From Promethearchaeota archaeon (GTDB lineage Archaea; Asgardarchaeota; Lokiarchaeia; Sigyniarchaeales; SOKP01): DNA of 64,000 bases. Shown piece after piece: positions 59,227 to 64,000 of the stretch. The notes under the pieces were generated by a model. It was given only the letters and a program-made list of their open reading frames with translations, made no database searches and was not told the origin of the DNA. Position 1 is the first letter of the stretch; each line of letters opens with the position of its first letter. Both the position numbers and the translations under genes were made by a program. The stretch lies in contig JAHLWP010000003.1 in NCBI GenBank assembly GCA_019057865.1, positions 128,001 through 192,000 on the forward strand. Reading direction: 5' to 3'.

Positions 59227-60375
59227 ATGAATGAAAAAGAAATTTTAGACGTAATACAATCCTGTATTGATTGTAAATCATGCAAGGATTCATGTGATAC
59301 TTATTCTGTCACTCAAGAAGAATTAAAATCCCCAAATGGACGAATAAAAATCTCTGAAAAAGTCTTTAAAAATGAAGATATTTCTAAAGAAGAACGAATT
59401 GGATTATACACGTGTACTTTATGTGGAATGTGTGATCGAGTTTGTCAGCAAAATATCCCTATCGCAGATATTATTCATTCAGCTAAAATGAAATTAGTAG
59501 AACAAGGTAAAGCACCTTTAGATATTCATAATAAAATTATTAAGGGAATTATTGAAAAAGATAATAGTGTTAATGGAGATCCTGAAAAGCGGTTAGATTG
59601 GATTCCAGATATATATCGTGATGCTGAGCTCTTTGAAAAAAAAAAATCTGATACATTATTATTCTTAGGATGTATGTCTTCTTTTCGAGTAAAAGAAAGT
59701 GCTAGTGCTTCATATGTACTTCTGAAAGAAGGAAATTATGATTTCAAAATTTTAGAAAAAGAACCTTGTTGTGGTGAGTATATCTATTCTGCTGGAAATC
59801 TTCATTTAGCTAAAAAATTATTCAAAGAAAATGTTGAGCTTTTTAAACAGATTGGAATAAAAAATATAATTGTTACCTGTGGCGGATGCTTATATGCGTT
59901 TGATAAAGTATATCGAAAATATTTCAAAGATTTTAATATTGAAGTAAAACACATAATTGAGGTTATCTATGAATTAGAGAAAAATGGGAAAATAATATTA
60001 AATTCTATTAATAAATCAATAACTTACCATGATCCTTGTAGGCTTGGTAGAAAATATTTAAATGGTCCCCTTTATAATGAGCCTAGAGAATTGTTAAAGA
60101 AATGTGGAATAAAAGTTAAAGAATTGATCGAGGAACATGACCATTGTCCGTGTTGCGGATCGGGTTCCGGAATTAGAGGTGTTGATAGCAGTATTTGCAT
60201 AAAAATCGGCAACCAATTGTTTAACAATATAGAAACTAAGGAGATAGCATCCTCTTGTCCTTTATGTGTTTTTAATTTTAGATATGTAAATTATAAGACT
60301 GAAGCAGGTAAAGAATGTAAATATATTACAGATTTTTTACTTGAAGCTCTAAAAAAAAATAATAATTCGAATTAA
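59227..60375 (+). CDS. Fe-S oxidoreductase (HdrD/GlcF-like; 2x4Fe-4S plus CCG domains)
   Basis: CIDCKSC...C, CTLCGMCDRVC, CCG, YHDPCRLGR, CCGSG. Confidence 0.88.
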   Translation: MNEKEILDVIQSCIDCKSCKDSCDTYSVTQEELKSPNGRIKISEKVFKNEDISKEERIGLYTCTLCGMCDRVCQQNIPIADIIHSAKMKLVEQGKAPLDIHNKIIKGIIEKDNSVNGDPEKRLDWIPDIYRDAELFEKKKSDTLLFLGCMSSFRVKESASASYVLLKEGNYDFKILEKEPCCGEYIYSAGNLHLAKKLFKENVELFKQIGIKNIIVTCGGCLYAFDKVYRKYFKDFNIEVKHIIEVIYELEKNGKIILNSINKSITYHDPCRLGRKYLNGPLYNEPRELLKKCGIKVKELIEEHDHCPCCGSGSGIRGVDSSICIKIGNQLFNNIETKEIASSCPLCVFNFRYVNYKTEAGKECKYITDFLLEALKKNNNSN

Positions 60376-61727
60376 CTCTTTATTTTTCCTATTGATTTAG
60401 TATCTATTTTTGATTTCATAGCATAGAAAACAACGATTCCACAGATTATAATGATTATCTGAATAAGAATAACATACCAATTAAAAGTGAATAATAAAGC
60501 AATGCAAATAATTGATCCTAATAAAGCGATTACTGGAAATCCTTTAATACTCGGTTTTAATTTAAAAGGTCTTTCTATATCTGGTTTCTTTTTTCTTAAA
60601 GCAAGTAAGCTTATATTAACCAAGATAAAATTAATAAGCACACCAAAAACAGTTGCGTGAGCAACTACTGAAATATCCCCAAATAAGATCGGAATTAATG
60701 TAAAGCACATGGTTAGCACTACTGCAGTTGTCGGAGTTCTAAATTCTGGTGAGATTTTACTTAATTTTTCTGGTAGTGCTTTATCTCTAGCCATACCATA
60801 CATCATACGAGAAGTTACGATTAACATTATAAGAACCGTATTTGCAGTGGCAAATAATGCAATAAAAGACATGATTATTCCACCTCCTGGTCCTAAAACT
60901 TCTGCAGCGACTTCATTTAAAGGAGCATCAGAATCTGCAATGTCACCATATGGTAATATACTGATTACTGAAATAGCAGTAATGCAGTAGAGAATAGTAG
61001 TGATAATAATCGAATAAATTATGGCTTTAGGTATATTCTTTTGAGGTTCTTTAACTTCCTCCGCGATATTAGCAATATCTTCAAAACCTATGTATGCAAA
61101 AAAGATTAAAGCAACTGAAGACAATATAGCTGCAAAAGATGCTCCTGAGGGAAGTACAAAATAATTTGGTTCACGTTTTCCAAAGAACCCAAGGATAATA
61201 ATAATAATTAAACCTGACACTTCGATTAATGTAAATATGATATTAGTTCTAGTGGATGTCTTGATACCAAGTGAATTTATAATACTGAGGGCTATAACAA
61301 GTAAAATGCTATAACTTATAATAACAAATATTGAAGGTACATTGATTAAATCGGCTAGATAACCTCCAAAAGCTAGAGCAACAGTAGCCGCGGATAATAT
61401 CCCTGAAAAAATAATTATCCATCCTAATATAAACGACAGACTCCTTTTCTTGAATGCTTCCTCTGTATAAACAAATTCCGCAGCACTTTTAGGGAACATT
61501 GCAGAAAGTTCGGCATATGATAATCCTGTTAAAGCTCCAGTAATAGAAGCTAATACGAACGCTAGCCATGATAGATTTCCTGTTTTTCCCAAAACTTCAC
61601 CTATTAACGCATATATCCCTGCACCTAATATATTTCCTACACCATATACAGTAAGTGCAAATAAGGAAACTCTGCGCTTTAGTTTTGGACTTTTTTTAGG
61701 TTCTTCCATGATTACTCTCTTTTTCAA
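60372..61727 (-). CDS. APC-family amino acid permease
   Basis: GNILGAGIY, YAEL, FFAYIGFE, SRMMYGMARD; about 12 TM helices. Confidence 0.93.
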   Translation of the reverse strand: MKKRVIMEEPKKSPKLKRRVSLFALTVYGVGNILGAGIYALIGEVLGKTGNLSWLAFVLASITGALTGLSYAELSAMFPKSAAEFVYTEEAFKKRSLSFILGWIIIFSGILSAATVALAFGGYLADLINVPSIFVIISYSILLVIALSIINSLGIKTSTRTNIIFTLIEVSGLIIIIILGFFGKREPNYFVLPSGASFAAILSSVALIFFAYIGFEDIANIAEEVKEPQKNIPKAIIYSIIITTILYCITAISVISILPYGDIADSDAPLNEVAAEVLGPGGGIIMSFIALFATANTVLIMLIVTSRMMYGMARDKALPEKLSKISPEFRTPTTAVVLTMCFTLIPILFGDISVVAHATVFGVLINFILVNISLLALRKKKPDIERPFKLKPSIKGFPVIALLGSIICIALLFTFNWYVILIQIIIIICGIVVFYAMKSKIDTKSIGKIKS

Positions 61728-61808
61728 TATGAATAATTATATTTTCAATTTTATAAAAACTATATAGGAAAATTTCAAAATCAGATTTGAATTATTTAGT
61801 ACTTCTGA

Positions 61809-62324
61809 TTATTTTAATTTCTCAAGTCTTACTATGCATGGTTGTTGGCTATGTTTATGTTTTTTCACTTGTTGTAATCTAAATTCTCTTCTTTTTTTAG
61901 CCTCTTCATATCTGCGGCGATCATCTTCTGTTTCTGGGATAATTTGTGGAATTTTAACCGGTTTATCATTCTCGTCTAGAGCAACAAAGCTAAGGTATGC
62001 TGAACCAACATGCGTGTGTGTTCCAGTTCTTAAACATTCTGCTTCAATTCTTACTCCGATTTCCATAGATGTATTTGCAACATAATTTATTGATGCTTTA
62101 GCAAAAACTAAATTCCCAACATAAACTGGAGATATAAAATCCATTCGATCAACTGAAGCCGTGACACAATTACGATGAGTATGCCTTGCTGCTACTATAG
62201 CTCCTGCTTGATCAACCAATTTTAAGATATATCCTCCATGAACATTACCCGTAGCATTAGAGTGTTCTGGCATCATTACTTGAGTAAGTTCAATTTTAGA
62301 TTCTGATACTTTTTTTGCTTCCAA
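61809..62324 (-). CDS. Acyl-CoA thioesterase (hotdog fold, YciA-like)
   Basis: NATGNVHGG..LKLVD, VTASVD, SMEIGV, FVALD. Confidence 0.92.
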   Translation of the reverse strand: MEAKKVSESKIELTQVMMPEHSNATGNVHGGYILKLVDQAGAIVAARHTHRNCVTASVDRMDFISPVYVGNLVFAKASINYVANTSMEIGVRIEAECLRTGTHTHVGSAYLSFVALDENDKPVKIPQIIPETEDDRRRYEEAKKRREFRLQQVKKHKHSQQPCIVRLEKLK

Positions 62325-62554
62325 TTTTAAATTACCTTTTGGAGTCTTTTTGATAAAAATACAAAAGTCTAGTATAATGATAAAAATTATTATTTTAAAT
62401 TATAATTCTTAATTTTTTTTAAACATTTTAAATTTATTTTCCTAACCAATAGTTTTATATTTAACGTCATTTTCTATAGATCATAAAATTCTGAATAAAT
62501 ATTCATTTTATAATATAATAAATAAAGAAAAAAGGATTTTCAGAGTGATAAGTT

Positions 62555-63064
62555 ATGCCAAGTTTTGAAGAAACTTATGAAGCAATTAAGGCAGATTGGA
62601 ATGCTGGAGAGAAAAATTTTAATATAGAATGTGAGATGCTTTCTGAGGGTATGCAGGTAAATTGTATAATGGGCAATTCAGCAGGAGAACCTTTTGAATT
62701 GCTTATTGATGCTCCAGGCGGATTAAGTGGCTCAAATAAAGGTCCTTCTCCTTTATTAGTTATTTTATCATCAATTGGTGCTTGTATAATTGCTGTAACT
62801 AAATTTTGGGCCAAGATTATGGATATTAAAATTGAAGAAATGAAAGTGTTTTCACGTGGACATATCAATCTTGGTGCACTTTTTGGAATAGATGATAGTA
62901 AACTTGCTGGATATGATAAACTTGAACCTGTAATAAGAATTAAAGCAGATGCTTCAGAAGATAAAATTAATGATCTTATGGATAAAGTCTTTAACCATTG
63001 TCCTGTTATTACAAATTTTGGTGGAGCATCAAAAATTACTCCTAAAGTTCAAATAAAAAAGTAA
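62555..63064 (+). CDS. OsmC/Ohr-family protein
   Basis: DAP..LSG.NKGPSP..SSIGAC...HCPV. Confidence 0.88.
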   Translation: MPSFEETYEAIKADWNAGEKNFNIECEMLSEGMQVNCIMGNSAGEPFELLIDAPGGLSGSNKGPSPLLVILSSIGACIIAVTKFWAKIMDIKIEEMKVFSRGHINLGALFGIDDSKLAGYDKLEPVIRIKADASEDKINDLMDKVFNHCPVITNFGGASKITPKVQIKK

Positions 63065-63080
63065 ATAAACTACTAATTAT

Positions 63081-63092
63081 CTTTTTTTTTAT
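63081..63092 (+). terminator. Oligo-T tract, candidate archaeal intrinsic terminator
   Basis: T9 run 17 nt after the OsmC stop codon. Confidence 0.35.
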
Positions 63093-63225
63093 TAATTTTG
63101 AATTTATCATAACTGATTAGATCCCCAACCAAGGACGACTTTATATTTTACAGATATTGAAAATAAATTATTAATCAACAAATTATTATATTTCTTAATT
63201 ACATAACTCATTTTCTTATAAATAA

Positions 63226-63864
63226 TTGCTATTTATGCATAATTTTAAGTATATTATTTGGGATTTTGATGGCACATTATTTAATACTTATCCACATATA
63301 GCTTCAGTAATAGTAGAAATCATGAAGAATAACTATAAAATTGATTTAAATTTGAAAGAAGTCCAAGGATGGTGTGAAATAGGCTTAAAATTTTGTTTTA
63401 ACAAAATCACCTCAGATTTCAAGATAAGTTTATCAGAATTTCAAGATTTGTTTAATAAAGGATATGGGGTAAATATAGAATCTCAGCAAACTCCCTTTCC
63501 AAGAGCAGAAGAAATACTTAAATATATTCAAAAAAATGGTGGTAAGAACTTTATTGTCACTCATCGAGGGATTAAAACCTTATCTAAATTACTAAGTTAC
63601 TATATTATGGAAAAATATTTTGAAAAAATAATTACATATGAAGATGGTTTTCCAAACAAGCCAGATCCTGCATCTTTTTTATATGTAATTAATGAAAATA
63701 AATTGCCAAGAGAGAAAGTTATATCAATTGGTGATAGAGAAATTGATATTCAAACTGCACGTGCGATTAATATTAAATCTTGCTTTTTCAATCCTGAAGG
63801 AAAAATTCAAGAATTAGCGGATTTTAATATTAAAAATCTTATTGAGTTAAAAAAGATACTTTAA
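63226..63864 (+). CDS. HAD-IA family hydrolase
   Basis: WDFDGTL, VTHR, KPDP, IGDREID. Confidence 0.92.
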   Translation: MLFMHNFKYIIWDFDGTLFNTYPHIASVIVEIMKNNYKIDLNLKEVQGWCEIGLKFCFNKITSDFKISLSEFQDLFNKGYGVNIESQQTPFPRAEEILKYIQKNGGKNFIVTHRGIKTLSKLLSYYIMEKYFEKIITYEDGFPNKPDPASFLYVINENKLPREKVISIGDREIDIQTARAINIKSCFFNPEGKIQELADFNIKNLIELKKIL

Positions 63865-64000
63865 TCTCACTAATCTCACTAAGATATTTCTATAGCTTGA
63901 TTTAACAATTTGATTTCAGTGCGAAAACTATTAGATTGTGTTGTTTTTAGAATTATATAAAATAAGAAAAAATTAACTTATTTAAGAGAATATTTAGGGT

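Noticed and set aside
2259-62868. Short ORFs overlapping longer genes (e.g. 2259, 4125, 7656, 8792, 15360, 18338, 19396, 20997, 25503, 27467, 34741, 35271, 35820, 37387, 40944, 42833, 45610, 47442, 48259, 48540, 49139, 51143, 55476, 56806, 59082, 60709, 61834, 62575)
   Set aside because: They are antisense or alternate-frame shadows of well-supported genes and contain no motifs of their own.
10713-63064. Selenocysteine recoding in the redox genes (Fe-S proteins, OsmC, rhodanese)
   Set aside because: No in-frame TGA at catalytic Cys positions; the interruptions seen are TAA or indels.
63862-63882. Tandem 9-mer TAATCTCAC x2 at the HAD stop codon
   Set aside because: Only two copies with no associated element; probably a slippage duplication.
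1-64000. CRISPR array, tRNA/rRNA, IS element, integrase or provirus
   Set aside because: By eye I found no regularly spaced repeats, no GC-rich structured RNA segment and no transposase, integrase or capsid motifs. A covariance-model search could still find small RNAs.

Overview
AT-rich, gene-dense chromosomal window, very likely from an Asgard archaeon (Lokiarchaeia-like). The assignment rests on the co-occurrence of an actin-family gene, Rab/Arf-type small GTPases, Roadblock/LC7 and longin-like proteins, RING fingers, a multi-PAS histidine kinase and archaeal housekeeping genes (topA, purD, metG, trmJ, a CDP-alcohol phosphatidyltransferase). I saw no rRNA, tRNA, CRISPR array, transposase or integrase. 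Highlights: (1) a VWA + double-RING protein resembling eukaryotic TFIIH p44/Ssl1; (2) three genes that appear to start at ACG/ATC/ATT behind correctly spaced Shine-Dalgarno sites, including a 190-aa nitroreductase missing from the ORF track; (3) a divergent RtcB-family ligase next to an uncharacterised AAA+ ATPase pair; (4) a longin-GTPase-MIT-like fusion within a cluster of eukaryote-like scaffolds; (5) a two-gene, three-unit membrane beta-helix module resembling the poly-amino-acid synthetase (Pls) C-terminal domain; (6) a cyclin-box/RHH divergent pair sharing nested palindromes; (7) a HEPN-MNT module within a scar of broken genes. Three genes carry small indel or stop lesions that may be assembly errors. 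All family calls come from motif recognition by eye; no searches were run.
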